Part shown: positions 24,399 to 33,451 of the stretch, in pieces
Layout: each line of letters opens with the position of its first letter
Position numbering within the stretch: the stretch's first letter is position 1
IMG/VR virus record: IMGVR_UViG_3300021962_000025
Span: 119,759 to 183,758 of that record
Reading direction: 5' to 3' (one strand)
DNA: 64,000 nucleotides
Source: a virus
Made by a program: the position numbers and the translations under genes
Notes under the pieces: model-generated
What the model saw: only the letters and a program-made list of their open reading frames with translations
What the model was told of the DNA's origin: nothing
Database searches by the model: none

Positions 24399-25004
24399 AT
24401 GGATAATAAGTTTAAAAACAAGGCGAAGATCTTAGGTTTAGATATTTCGACAAAGACTATTGGATGGGCGTTATTTGATATAACGGGTTCCCATTTATTA
24501 GAATTAACCCATTTCTCACCAAAGATTAAACCACAACCAGAAGACAAGATTGAAGAATTGTTGAAGAAGGCGGACGGGTTTAGAAAACATCTTGAGAATT
24601 ATAAAGATATGGGTATCACCAAAGTCATTATCGAAGAACCATTATTAAACTCTAATAACGTTTATACTGTGGGTACACTACTTAGATATAATAGTATGGT
24701 CTTAAAGTCGTGTTATGATGTGTTGGGTATAGTCCCAACATTTATCTCCACTTATAATGCAAGGAAGTTTGCATTCCCTGATTTAGTTGGACCAAACGAT
24801 AAAGGGAGAAATGTTTTGTTCGGTGGATACCCGAAAAATATTGATAAAAAACACGTTATATGGGAACATGTGAATGATTTGTTTCCTGAAGTTAAATGGG
24901 TTCAAACTAAGACGGGTAACCTCAAAAAAGAGAATTACGATATGAGCGATGCCGCTACGGCGGTTATTGGGTACGTGAATAAATTAAAGACGGAGAAAAG
25001 TTAA
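24399..25004 (+). CDS. RuvC-like Holliday junction resolvase
   Basis: ILGLDIS...IIEE...DMSDA acidic RNase H-fold catalytic pattern. Confidence 0.8.
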   Translation: MDNKFKNKAKILGLDISTKTIGWALFDITGSHLLELTHFSPKIKPQPEDKIEELLKKADGFRKHLENYKDMGITKVIIEEPLLNSNNVYTVGTLLRYNSMVLKSCYDVLGIVPTFISTYNARKFAFPDLVGPNDKGRNVLFGGYPKNIDKKHVIWEHVNDLFPEVKWVQTKTGNLKKENYDMSDAATAVIGYVNKLKTEKS

Positions 25005-25011
25005 AAGGTAC

Positions 25012-25042
25012 TTTACTTTTTATTTTTAATTACGTATATTTA
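25012..25042 (+). promoter_or_regulatory. Bacteroidota-type promoter (TTTA-N19-TATATTTA) driving the candidate sRNA
   Basis: Matches the recurring TT(G/T)A-N19-TAnnTT consensus. Confidence 0.6.
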
Positions 25043-25045
25043 TTT

Positions 25046-25116
25046 ACGGACGGGGCGTGTAGCAATACACGTTAGTTGGTGTGTCCCAGGGAGTGGTGTC
25101 CCTGGGACTTTTTTTT
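25046..25116 (+). ncRNA. candidate ~70-nt small RNA (GCAA-tetraloop hairpin plus terminator hairpin)
   Basis: GC-rich island; CGTGTA-GCAA-TACACG at 25056-25071; flanked by promoter and terminator; no ORF. Confidence 0.5.
25083..25116 (+). terminator. strong intrinsic terminator
   Basis: Perfect 10-bp stem GTCCCAGGGA/TCCCTGGGAC followed by a T run. Confidence 0.85.
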
Positions 25117-25142
25117 CTCATTTTTTTTTCGTATATTTTAGT

Positions 25143-26084
25143 ATGATGACCCAAGAAGTAGACTTCATACCCATAGTTGATGTACTCCACGACGTTTTCG
25201 GTGACAGCCGTTACCATAACGAGTATAGGGGTCAAATTACTTTTGACTGTCCCGTATGTTCTCATGATATAAAAGGATTGGATGATGGGGATGGTAAAGG
25301 TAATTTGGAGATTAACTATAAAATGTATGTCTATAAATGTTGGGTCTGTGCGGAGACTCACGATACTCATGGACACTTAACCAAACTAGTAAAAAAATAC
25401 GGTTCACCTAAACAGATAAAGGATTTTCATTTATATAGTCCTGAAGAAATAGTTTCAGTTGGTAAGGGGGAATACAAAAAAATAAGACTCCCTAAAGAGT
25501 ATGTTGATTTTATGGGGGCTAGTGAGGGTAGAAAGATCACCCATAGATATAAACAGGCACTTAATTATCTTAAAAGTCGAAACATAACAGACGATATGAT
25601 AGAGACGTATAAGATAGGGTATTGTGATAGTGGACAATACGAGAATAGAATTATCATACCGTCGTATGACTCAGAGGACGAAATAAATTATTTTGTTGCT
25701 AGATCTTATTTGAGATATAGTAAACGAAAATATATGAATCCACAAGCCGATAAGGAAAGTCTAATTTGGAATGAACACCTTATCGATTGGGATAAGCCCG
25801 TTTACGTTGTGGAGGGTGCCTTTGACAGTATTTTCCTAAAAAACTCTATACCGATGTTAGGAAAGTACATGACAGATAAATTACTTATGATGATTTATGA
25901 GAGATCATCAAAAGTGGTAATTGTCTTAGATGGGGATGCGTGGGCGGACACTGAAAAATTATACCACAAATTAAATGTCGGTAGATTAATGGGTAAGGTG
26001 TCTGTAATAAAATTACCCTTAGATATGGATATTGCAGATCTTAAAGGAGATCTGTCGTCATACAATGAAATAAAACTTGATTAA
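25143..26084 (+). CDS. DnaG-like DNA primase (Zn finger plus TOPRIM)
   Basis: CPVC...CWVC zinc finger; YVVEGAFD and LDGDA TOPRIM motifs. Confidence 0.9.
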   Translation: MMTQEVDFIPIVDVLHDVFGDSRYHNEYRGQITFDCPVCSHDIKGLDDGDGKGNLEINYKMYVYKCWVCAETHDTHGHLTKLVKKYGSPKQIKDFHLYSPEEIVSVGKGEYKKIRLPKEYVDFMGASEGRKITHRYKQALNYLKSRNITDDMIETYKIGYCDSGQYENRIIIPSYDSEDEINYFVARSYLRYSKRKYMNPQADKESLIWNEHLIDWDKPVYVVEGAFDSIFLKNSIPMLGKYMTDKLLMMIYERSSKVVIVLDGDAWADTEKLYHKLNVGRLMGKVSVIKLPLDMDIADLKGDLSSYNEIKLD

Positions 26085-26938
26085 TGGATTTAAAAAAAGA
26101 GTCAGAAAAAATACGGAAATTATTAAATAGGAGGAGAAAGGAAATTGATCTGACATTTATTGAAGAAGATCACCTTTACTATATGAGAGGTGATGATGGT
26201 ATTATAAGAAATAATTACCCCTCAGTTTCTAAAGTAATAAAATTGTTCTATGAGGAGTTCGATTCAGAGGGTATATCCCTCAGAATGTCTGGAGGAGATA
26301 GACAAAAACAAAAGGAATTACTCAAAGAGTGGGAGGATAAGGGAACCTACGCCACAAATCAAGGGAGTAGGGTACACTTTCTATTAGAAAAAGAACTAAT
26401 CAAACAATACGGAGACTATAAAAGTGTCAGAGAACCCATTTACCAATGTGACTCTGAACAAATAGAACGTAGTGACAATATGATTACGGCGGGTAAAGAC
26501 TTCCTTAAATTAATGCATGAACGAAATGCGGTTCTTTTAGATACTGAGATTGTTTTGGGTGATCCCGAGTTGGGATATGTTGGGCAACCTGACAAAGTTT
26601 GGTTAGTTGAAAATAAATCGGGGACGGACTTCGGGATTTTAATAACTGATTGGAAAACCAATAAACCCGAGAATTTTAAAAAACAGAGGTACACTAAAAA
26701 AATGTACTCCCCATTCGATAACATTGATAGTACCGCGTTAGGACATTACTATCTACAGTTACCGTTTTATGGTAAACTCCTCATGAAAATGTTAGAGGGT
26801 ACCGAATATGCTGACAAAAAATTATTAGGGTCTATTGTTGTATTAGTGAAAGAGGATGGGACATTTGAGGAATATAAAGTACCGTTAGATGTAATTCAAA
26901 AAATTCTCTTAATGGATATGAAAAAGGTTTTAAAATGA
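26084..26938 (+). CDS. PD-(D/E)XK family exonuclease
   Basis: TEIVL...GQPD...ITDWKT...HYYLQL motif order. Confidence 0.75.
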   Translation: MDLKKESEKIRKLLNRRRKEIDLTFIEEDHLYYMRGDDGIIRNNYPSVSKVIKLFYEEFDSEGISLRMSGGDRQKQKELLKEWEDKGTYATNQGSRVHFLLEKELIKQYGDYKSVREPIYQCDSEQIERSDNMITAGKDFLKLMHERNAVLLDTEIVLGDPELGYVGQPDKVWLVENKSGTDFGILITDWKTNKPENFKKQRYTKKMYSPFDNIDSTALGHYYLQLPFYGKLLMKMLEGTEYADKKLLGSIVVLVKEDGTFEEYKVPLDVIQKILLMDMKKVLK

Positions 26939-27438
26939 TAAAATCAATTACACCTAAAAAAATAGTTGGATTTACCGCGGGTAACTTCGATCTACTACAT
27001 CCGGGTTACATATATACGTTTGAGGAGGCTAAAAAACACTGTGATAAATTCATTGTCTTATTACAGAGAGACCCCTCGTTACACAGAAAATCAAAATATA
27101 AACCCGTATTGTCTCTGTACGAAAGGTACAAAGCGTTAATGTCAATACGGTACATCGATGAAGTGTACACCTACCAAACGGAGGATGAATTGTACCACCT
27201 GATAAAATGGATTAAACCTGATGTGAGGATTTTGGGTGAAGACTATGTATGGGAAGGTAAAGACGGTAAACCCAAAAAATTTACAGGTGATGATTTAGAT
27301 ATTAAGGTTATTTACACAACAAGATCCCACGATTGGTCAACAACCAAAATAAAAGATTTAATAACTAAACAAACGTTAGAACAAAATCCAAACATAATTA
27401 ATGAAATCAAAGAAAAGGAAAATGAAACGATTGATTGA
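26935..27438 (+). CDS. cytidylyltransferase, TagD/RfaE-like, copy 1
   Basis: FTAGNFDLLHPGY (HxGH variant); C-terminal R.H.WSTTK motif. Confidence 0.85.
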   Translation: MIKSITPKKIVGFTAGNFDLLHPGYIYTFEEAKKHCDKFIVLLQRDPSLHRKSKYKPVLSLYERYKALMSIRYIDEVYTYQTEDELYHLIKWIKPDVRILGEDYVWEGKDGKPKKFTGDDLDIKVIYTTRSHDWSTTKIKDLITKQTLEQNPNIINEIKEKENETID

Positions 27439-27721
27439 AGATTATAAAGAAAACGATAAGAAAGAGATTTGGGTAGATGGGGTACTTTATAATTTTATAT
27501 ACGGATTCTTAGGTGCCATCGTCATCGTGGCCATCACAATTAAGATTGATATTGGTGTGTTGATTGCGTATCTACTTTACTACTTCTTTTTAGGTAAAAT
27601 AGTTAATCGACCTAAGTATGTGACTGATTTAGGTAAGTTCATTGTATTCCCCGTACCGACTGCGATGGGTGCCTTCATAGGATATAAGATAGCTCCTACA
27701 TTAATAGGGTTTTTATTATGA
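27422..27721 (+). CDS. small membrane protein
   Basis: Two to three hydrophobic segments; ATG 27422 preferred over 27401. Confidence 0.65.
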   Translation: MKRLIEDYKENDKKEIWVDGVLYNFIYGFLGAIVIVAITIKIDIGVLIAYLLYYFFLGKIVNRPKYVTDLGKFIVFPVPTAMGAFIGYKIAPTLIGFLL

Positions 27722-28155
27722 GCGACAAGTTTAAAAAAGGTGTAATTGCAGGAAACTTCGACGTAATCCATCCAGGATACATCGACATGTTTAGAGAGTG
27801 TTCTGAGGTTTGTGAAGAGTTCATAATCTTACTACATACAGACCCATCAATTGAAAGACCTGAAGAAAAATTAAAACCAATCCTCTCTATTGAAGATAGG
27901 TTTAAAATTCTATTTTCTCTTAGGTATGTTTCGAATATATACACATATACATATGAGAAAGATCTAATGGAATTATTAAAAACTATAGAACCAGACGTTA
28001 GGTTTTTAGGTGACGATTATAAGGAAAAGACCTTTACGGGACAGGAACTAAACATACCCATACATTGGATCAATAGAGACCATGGATGGAGTACAACAAA
28101 ATTCAAACAATTGATACATGATGAGTATCGTAAAAAAATGAAATTAGATGATTAA
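27718..28155 (+). CDS. cytidylyltransferase, TagD/RfaE-like, copy 2
   Basis: IAGNFDVIHPGY; LGDDY; RDHGWSTTK. Confidence 0.85.
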   Translation: MSDKFKKGVIAGNFDVIHPGYIDMFRECSEVCEEFIILLHTDPSIERPEEKLKPILSIEDRFKILFSLRYVSNIYTYTYEKDLMELLKTIEPDVRFLGDDYKEKTFTGQELNIPIHWINRDHGWSTTKFKQLIHDEYRKKMKLDD

Positions 28156-28948
28156 GAAAATTATTCACATTGCAGATGTCCACATACGAAGGAATAAGTA
28201 CCATGACACCTACGAGAGACAATTTGAATTGTTTGTTGAAGAAATAAAGGAATGTGTGACAAATCATGCATACGAGGAAATAAGGATAGTTATTGCAGGA
28301 GATATCGTACACGAAAAGATCAACATCTCAAACGAACAATTACTTATCACTTCCAAGTTTCTAAATGATTTATCTGAAATAGGGAAGGTTGTCATAATCC
28401 CCGGTAACCATGACTTCTTAGAGAATAATCATGAGAGAATTGATAGTATCACACCTATAGTTGATATGTTAAGAAATAATAATATTTCTTATTATAAGGA
28501 TAGTGGTGTTTATGAAGATGACAATATTAAGTGGGTTGTTTATTCATTATACCAACACAATCAAAGACCGGAATTTGAAAAAGAAGAGGGGTTTTACGTC
28601 GGACTTTTCCATGGACCCATCCAAGGACTATCAACAGATACGGGATATGAATTTGAGGATGCATACTCACAATTAAACTTCTCAGGTTTAGATCTACTTC
28701 TTTGTGGGGACATACACAAACGACAGGTGTTTGAATTACCTGACGGAGGGAGAGCGATCATGGTTGGATCACTAATCCAACAAAACTTTGGTGAGACCGT
28801 GAAACACCATGGTTATGGTATTTATGATATGGTAAGTGATGAATATGAGTTCCATGATTTAGATAACAAACAACCTTTTCTTCATTTCTCCATAAACGAC
28901 ATCAAAGACATTGATAATGAAAAAGAAATCCTCCTTAATATTGGATGA
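28148..28948 (+). CDS. SbcD/Mre11/gp47-like metallophosphoesterase nuclease
   Basis: HIADVH, AGDIVH, PGNHD, FHG and GDIH motifs. Confidence 0.9.
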   Translation: MIKKIIHIADVHIRRNKYHDTYERQFELFVEEIKECVTNHAYEEIRIVIAGDIVHEKINISNEQLLITSKFLNDLSEIGKVVIIPGNHDFLENNHERIDSITPIVDMLRNNNISYYKDSGVYEDDNIKWVVYSLYQHNQRPEFEKEEGFYVGLFHGPIQGLSTDTGYEFEDAYSQLNFSGLDLLLCGDIHKRQVFELPDGGRAIMVGSLIQQNFGETVKHHGYGIYDMVSDEYEFHDLDNKQPFLHFSINDIKDIDNEKEILLNIG

Positions 28949-29471
28949 CGAGTTCGTTGAATTTTGCGACTTAAATGACGTAAAAGACATCAATAAACTC
29001 GCAAAGGAAACATTCAATAGAGGGTTTTCAATTCTGAAATTCGGTGAAACGCCGACACCACTAAAGGGTAAAGAAACCATAAAAGAAGTGGTTAAGGAAG
29101 TGCCTGTGGAGGTGGTTAAGGAAGTAGAAAAGATTGTAGAGGTAGTTAAAGAAATAGAGAAGATAGTCGAAGTTGAGGTTCCTATTGAGGTCATTGTTGA
29201 GAAAGAGGTTTACATAACAGACGACCAACAAGTAAAGGAACTTGGTAGTAAAATTGTCGAGTTGGAAAAACAACTAAAGAAAAAACCTAAAGAGGTAATC
29301 AAAGAAGTTGAAAAGATCGTTCAAGTAAATAATGAAGATGAGTTATTAAAACTTAAAGAAGAGAACGACAAACTCAAAAAGGACTTGGAGAACTTAAATT
29401 CGGTTCTGAATAAATTCAACAAAGCAACATATTTAAAAAATTCCAATCTATCGTCATTGTACGACGAGTAG
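28917..29471 (+). CDS. hypothetical protein with V/E/K-rich (KEVVKEVEKIVE) repeats and a coiled coil
   Basis: Translation; ATG at 28917. Confidence 0.65.
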   Translation: MKKKSSLILDDEFVEFCDLNDVKDINKLAKETFNRGFSILKFGETPTPLKGKETIKEVVKEVPVEVVKEVEKIVEVVKEIEKIVEVEVPIEVIVEKEVYITDDQQVKELGSKIVELEKQLKKKPKEVIKEVEKIVQVNNEDELLKLKEENDKLKKDLENLNSVLNKFNKATYLKNSNLSSLYDE

Positions 29472-29476
29472 AGGGG

Positions 29477-29507
29477 TTGACTCTTAATTTTTAATTCCGT
29501 ATATTTT
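29477..29507 (+). promoter_or_regulatory. Bacteroidota-type promoter (TTGA-N19-TATATTTT)
   Basis: Consensus match; ATG lies 11 nt after the first T of the -7 box. Confidence 0.65.
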
Positions 29508-29510
29508 AAT

Positions 29511-29822
29511 ATGATCGGAATTATATTATTGTGGGGTTTTATGGCTTATGGTATGACTACCATTTTAGTCTATGGTTCTATTTTCGAAGGGACACGAGCT
29601 TGGATAGTTCGCAATTCAAAGTTTTTTGGTGAATTAATCGGATGTCCTTTATGTACATCTACATGGGTTGGGTTCTTCCTTTCCATAACCTTAGGGGGGT
29701 TAACAAACCAAATTTTTGATGTAGGGTATTTCACAATCTTTTTTGATGGGATGTTCACCGCGGGTATTGTTTGGGCGATAAACTCTTTCATTGAATTTTT
29801 TGAGGAGAGTAGAATAAAATGA
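29511..29822 (+). CDS. DUF1360-like membrane protein
   Basis: Hydrophobic helices around ELIGCPLCTSTWVG. Confidence 0.6.
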   Translation: MIGIILLWGFMAYGMTTILVYGSIFEGTRAWIVRNSKFFGELIGCPLCTSTWVGFFLSITLGGLTNQIFDVGYFTIFFDGMFTAGIVWAINSFIEFFEESRIK

Positions 29823-29829
29823 AAAATGG

Positions 29830-30384
29830 ATGTTTATACCCGGTAAGTTTAATGATACTCTCATTAGAAACGCGGTGATTGAATTTTTTAATCAAAGGTT
29901 CAGAATCAAATTGAAACACAATGAAATCAACAACAAAATTGATTTGGTTGGGGTGAATGACCCCTCCTTAGGAGTCGAAGTAGAACATGGTAAATGGGTT
30001 GGTAATTTTTGGGATAACGATAATTACTCGTTAATATCAGAACAACCATTTAGAACGGCCAATATACCTTCTAGAAAAGAGAAGTATTGGATGGATGAGT
30101 TTATCTCATATGGTAAGGTAAGGGAGAACAGTAGTTCTAATAAAAACATTTTTGTGAGGTCTAACGCAGACTTTACACAGTTTTTAGTAATCAGACCGAC
30201 AACCATTAGAGACAAAGAAAAATTGGTGAGAACCAGATTCAAACCCACAAACAGTAATGATGTGGAAGAATGGTTATCATTTAAAAGAGAGGACGTTGAG
30301 ACATACGATCTAAAGAACGGCAGGTATATAAAACAAAAAATTAATGGAGTACAAAGATCCATACATCAAAGTAACTTGGGCTGA
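29830..30384 (+). CDS. hypothetical protein, possible restriction-endonuclease-like PD-(D/E)XK fold
   Basis: IDLV...GVEVEHGK pattern. Confidence 0.4.
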   Translation: MFIPGKFNDTLIRNAVIEFFNQRFRIKLKHNEINNKIDLVGVNDPSLGVEVEHGKWVGNFWDNDNYSLISEQPFRTANIPSRKEKYWMDEFISYGKVRENSSSNKNIFVRSNADFTQFLVIRPTTIRDKEKLVRTRFKPTNSNDVEEWLSFKREDVETYDLKNGRYIKQKINGVQRSIHQSNLG

Positions 30385-32686
30385 CACACCTGAGTCTTTT
30401 ACGCCTGAGAGGGTTAAGAGAGTTAAAGAATATTTTAAAGAGAAGTACAACACTAGACACGTAAATGTCATAACTAAAATTATTACTAACGGTAATAATA
30501 CTAAGTTAAAGACGTTAGAACTCTCTGAAAGTATTTTAGACCCAACCCATCAGAAGAGATTGATGATGGAGTTTATCAAACAAAACGATTTAAAGGTAAA
30601 TGAAATACAGATAGATCGTTTAGATAATACCGTAAACGAAGATCTATTCCAAAAAGACGAGAATAGGGTTAAGTATAATAGATGGTATATCAAAAATGTG
30701 GAGTTCTCCAACTTCCTTTCTTTTGGCGAGGGTAATAGGATCGATTTTGAAAATATGGATGGTATTACTGTTGTTGAATCAACCCCTAAAAATTTTGGTG
30801 GGAAGTCAACGTCAACAGTAGATCTTCTTCTTTTTCTTTTCTTCAACACAACCACTAAAACAAAAACCAATTCAGAAATCTTCAATAGGTTTACTGATAA
30901 GGATGATGTTAAAGTGAAAGGTATCATCACTATTGATGGTGACGATTATATTATTGAACGAACAATAAACAGAAAAAAGAGTCGTAGCGGCGAATACACT
31001 GTTAGGACCGAGTTAGAATTCTCTAAAATATTACAAAACGGGGAAGTACAGAATCTATCAGGGGAACAGAGAAGGGAAACCGAACAGTTCATCACTAAGG
31101 CAATTGGGACTCAGGAGGATTTTCTCTCCACGATACTCACAACAGGTTACAATTTAGAGGAGTTAATTGATTCTAAACCCACGGCAAGGGGACAAATACT
31201 AAGTAAGTTCTTAGGGTTAGATCAATTGAAGAGTAAAGAGGACGTATGCCGAGAACGGTTCAATGAGTTCCAAAGAAAAATGGTATCAAATACACATGAT
31301 AAGTTTACTTTGGAAAAACAAATTGAGACTTTTCGTGAAACTATTGGGACAAGAGAACAGGACATTGTGGATAGTGAGACTAAACTAAAAACAACCACAG
31401 ATTCTTTAACGGATTTACAAACGACGAAAGATAAGTTGTTAGGTGAAAAACATGGAGATGTTGACAATGACTTGGTTAAGACAAATCCACAAACATTGAA
31501 AAACGAAATCTTAGAGATTGGTCTTAAAATAAAGGGGATAACTAAGACTATTAAGGAAACTATCGTTAAGGAACCGGAACAGTATTATTTGGAGGATAAT
31601 CACGATAAATTAAAAGACACAATACGTGAATTGAATTTTAAAGTTAAGGAGGATGAACTATCCATTGAAAAATTAAACTCACATATAAAACAATTGACCG
31701 AGGGTAGTATTTGTCCTGAGTGTAAGAGACCCTTAGAGAATGTTGATCATAGTAAAGAGATCCTTGAAAAAGAAAGGGGTATAAAGGACATAGAAAAACA
31801 AATCAAGTCAACCCAAAAGTTAATTGAATCAACAATAAAGGAAGAAGAAAAATACTCCAAGTTAAAGAAGCAGTATGAGTTGTACGAAAAAAACAAACTA
31901 ATTAGTGCTAAGTATGAATTAGAGATTGAACACAAGAAATTAGAGTTAGAAACTAAAAATAAAAAGTTAGAATATTACGAAACAAATAAGAAAAAACACG
32001 AAAGAAACATACAAATAGATAAAGAATTAATAATACTAAAAACCAAAATAGAAACCGCAACTTCAGATATAAAACATTTTAATATACTAATAGAGAGATA
32101 TAGAAATGAAATTAATAGTTTAAAAGAAAAGATAGAAACAAATCAAAATCTAATTAAACAAATTAACAAAGAAGAAGAAATACAAAATACATTTAAAGTG
32201 TATATGGCGGTGTTTGGTAAGAACGGTATTTCGAAAAATATTTTGAGGGAGATGATCCCATTACTAAACAATGAATTGGGACATTTATTGGATGATAGTT
32301 GTTACTTTAAATTAGAGGTTAATATAAATGAGAGGAATGAACTCGAGTTCGTAATGATTGATACGGAAACCCGTGTAGTCAAGCCATTGAACGCGGGATC
32401 GGGTTATGAAAGAACAATTTCATCTCTAGCATTACGTAGTGTTTTGACTAAGATTTCTTCATTACCTAAACCTAATATAGTTGTTATGGACGAAGTCTTC
32501 GGTAAAATTGCTGATGAAAACTTAGAAATGGTGGGAGAATTCTTCAAGAAAATTAAAGACTATTTTGAACACATATTTGTCATATCACACAATCCATTGA
32601 TTAGGACTTGGTCAGATAACTTACTAATGGTAGAGAAGGAAGATAATGTTTCTAGAATTCAAAATATAACAATGAAAATTTCTTAA
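30344..32686 (+). CDS. SbcC/Rad50/gp46-like SMC ATPase with N-terminal extension
   Basis: NFLSFG, Walker A NFGGKST, CPEC zinc hook, coiled coils, GSGYE signature, IVVMDEVFG Walker B, ISH H-loop. Confidence 0.92.
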   Translation: MEYKDPYIKVTWADTPESFTPERVKRVKEYFKEKYNTRHVNVITKIITNGNNTKLKTLELSESILDPTHQKRLMMEFIKQNDLKVNEIQIDRLDNTVNEDLFQKDENRVKYNRWYIKNVEFSNFLSFGEGNRIDFENMDGITVVESTPKNFGGKSTSTVDLLLFLFFNTTTKTKTNSEIFNRFTDKDDVKVKGIITIDGDDYIIERTINRKKSRSGEYTVRTELEFSKILQNGEVQNLSGEQRRETEQFITKAIGTQEDFLSTILTTGYNLEELIDSKPTARGQILSKFLGLDQLKSKEDVCRERFNEFQRKMVSNTHDKFTLEKQIETFRETIGTREQDIVDSETKLKTTTDSLTDLQTTKDKLLGEKHGDVDNDLVKTNPQTLKNEILEIGLKIKGITKTIKETIVKEPEQYYLEDNHDKLKDTIRELNFKVKEDELSIEKLNSHIKQLTEGSICPECKRPLENVDHSKEILEKERGIKDIEKQIKSTQKLIESTIKEEEKYSKLKKQYELYEKNKLISAKYELEIEHKKLELETKNKKLEYYETNKKKHERNIQIDKELIILKTKIETATSDIKHFNILIERYRNEINSLKEKIETNQNLIKQINKEEEIQNTFKVYMAVFGKNGISKNILREMIPLLNNELGHLLDDSCYFKLEVNINERNELEFVMIDTETRVVKPLNAGSGYERTISSLALRSVLTKISSLPKPNIVVMDEVFGKIADENLEMVGEFFKKIKDYFEHIFVISHNPLIRTWSDNLLMVEKEDNVSRIQNITMKIS

Positions 32687-32693
32687 AAAATGT

Positions 32694-32725
32694 TTTGGCC
32701 AAACCAAAAAAATTACTTAACTTTG
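32694..32725 (+). promoter_or_regulatory. canonical Bacteroidota promoter TTTG-N20-TAACTTTG
   Basis: Exact match to the established TTTG / TAnnTTTG consensus. Confidence 0.75.
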
Positions 32726-32742
32726 AATAAACCACATTTATT

Positions 32743-33417
32743 ATGATATCAAAAGAATATAAAGACTTTAATCTGTATGCTAAAGACCACAATATCAGTG
32801 GTTCTAAACTACATTACTACAATCAACAGATTGAAAATAGTTTAACACCTTACATCTTAGAAGAGAGACAACTTAACGTTACGGTCATGGATGTCTTTTC
32901 TCGATTGATGATGGAAAGAATCATATGGGTTGCGGGTCCCGTAAATGATAATATGTCAACAATTGTTCAAGCTCAACTTATGTTCTTGGATAGTTTGGAC
33001 AATAATGATATCACCATGCATATTGACACCCCAGGAGGATCCGTTAAGTCGGGTCTATCCATGGTCGATGTTATGGACTACATTAACTCAGACATCCAAA
33101 CCATCAATACGGGTATGGCAGCATCCATGGGATCTATTCTGTTGGGTGCGGGAACTAAAGGTAAACGAGGTTCACTCTCCTTCTCTAGAACTATGTTACA
33201 CCAATCTAGTGGTGGGTTTCGGGGAAATATCCAAGACGCTGAGATCGATATGGTGGAATGGAAAAAACTAAACAAACAATTATTCGACCTTCTTGGTGGG
33301 TATTGTGATAAAAAACCTGAAGATGTGATGGCCGACGCGTCAAGAGATATGTGGTTATCTGCGGACGAGGCGGTTGATTACGGAATCATTGATAGGGTTG
33401 TTAAAAAGAAAAAATAG
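32743..33417 (+). CDS. clpP: ATP-dependent Clp protease proteolytic subunit (host-like)
   Basis: MDVFSRLMMERII, TPGGSV, GMAASMGS (catalytic Ser), MLHQ (catalytic His). Confidence 0.95.
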   Translation: MISKEYKDFNLYAKDHNISGSKLHYYNQQIENSLTPYILEERQLNVTVMDVFSRLMMERIIWVAGPVNDNMSTIVQAQLMFLDSLDNNDITMHIDTPGGSVKSGLSMVDVMDYINSDIQTINTGMAASMGSILLGAGTKGKRGSLSFSRTMLHQSSGGFRGNIQDAEIDMVEWKKLNKQLFDLLGGYCDKKPEDVMADASRDMWLSADEAVDYGIIDRVVKKKK

Positions 33418-33439
33418 GGTGCTATAAATAAACTCATAA

Positions 33440-33447
33440 TATTTATA
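33440..33447 (+). promoter_or_regulatory. putative late promoter element TATTTATA
   Basis: Intergenic, upstream of ATG 33452. Confidence 0.5.
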
Positions 33448-33451
33448 ATCA

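Noticed and set aside
25044-25376. 110-aa minus-strand ORF over the primase 5' end and the sRNA region
   Set aside because: Antisense to a clear primase, with no recognisable features or promoter.
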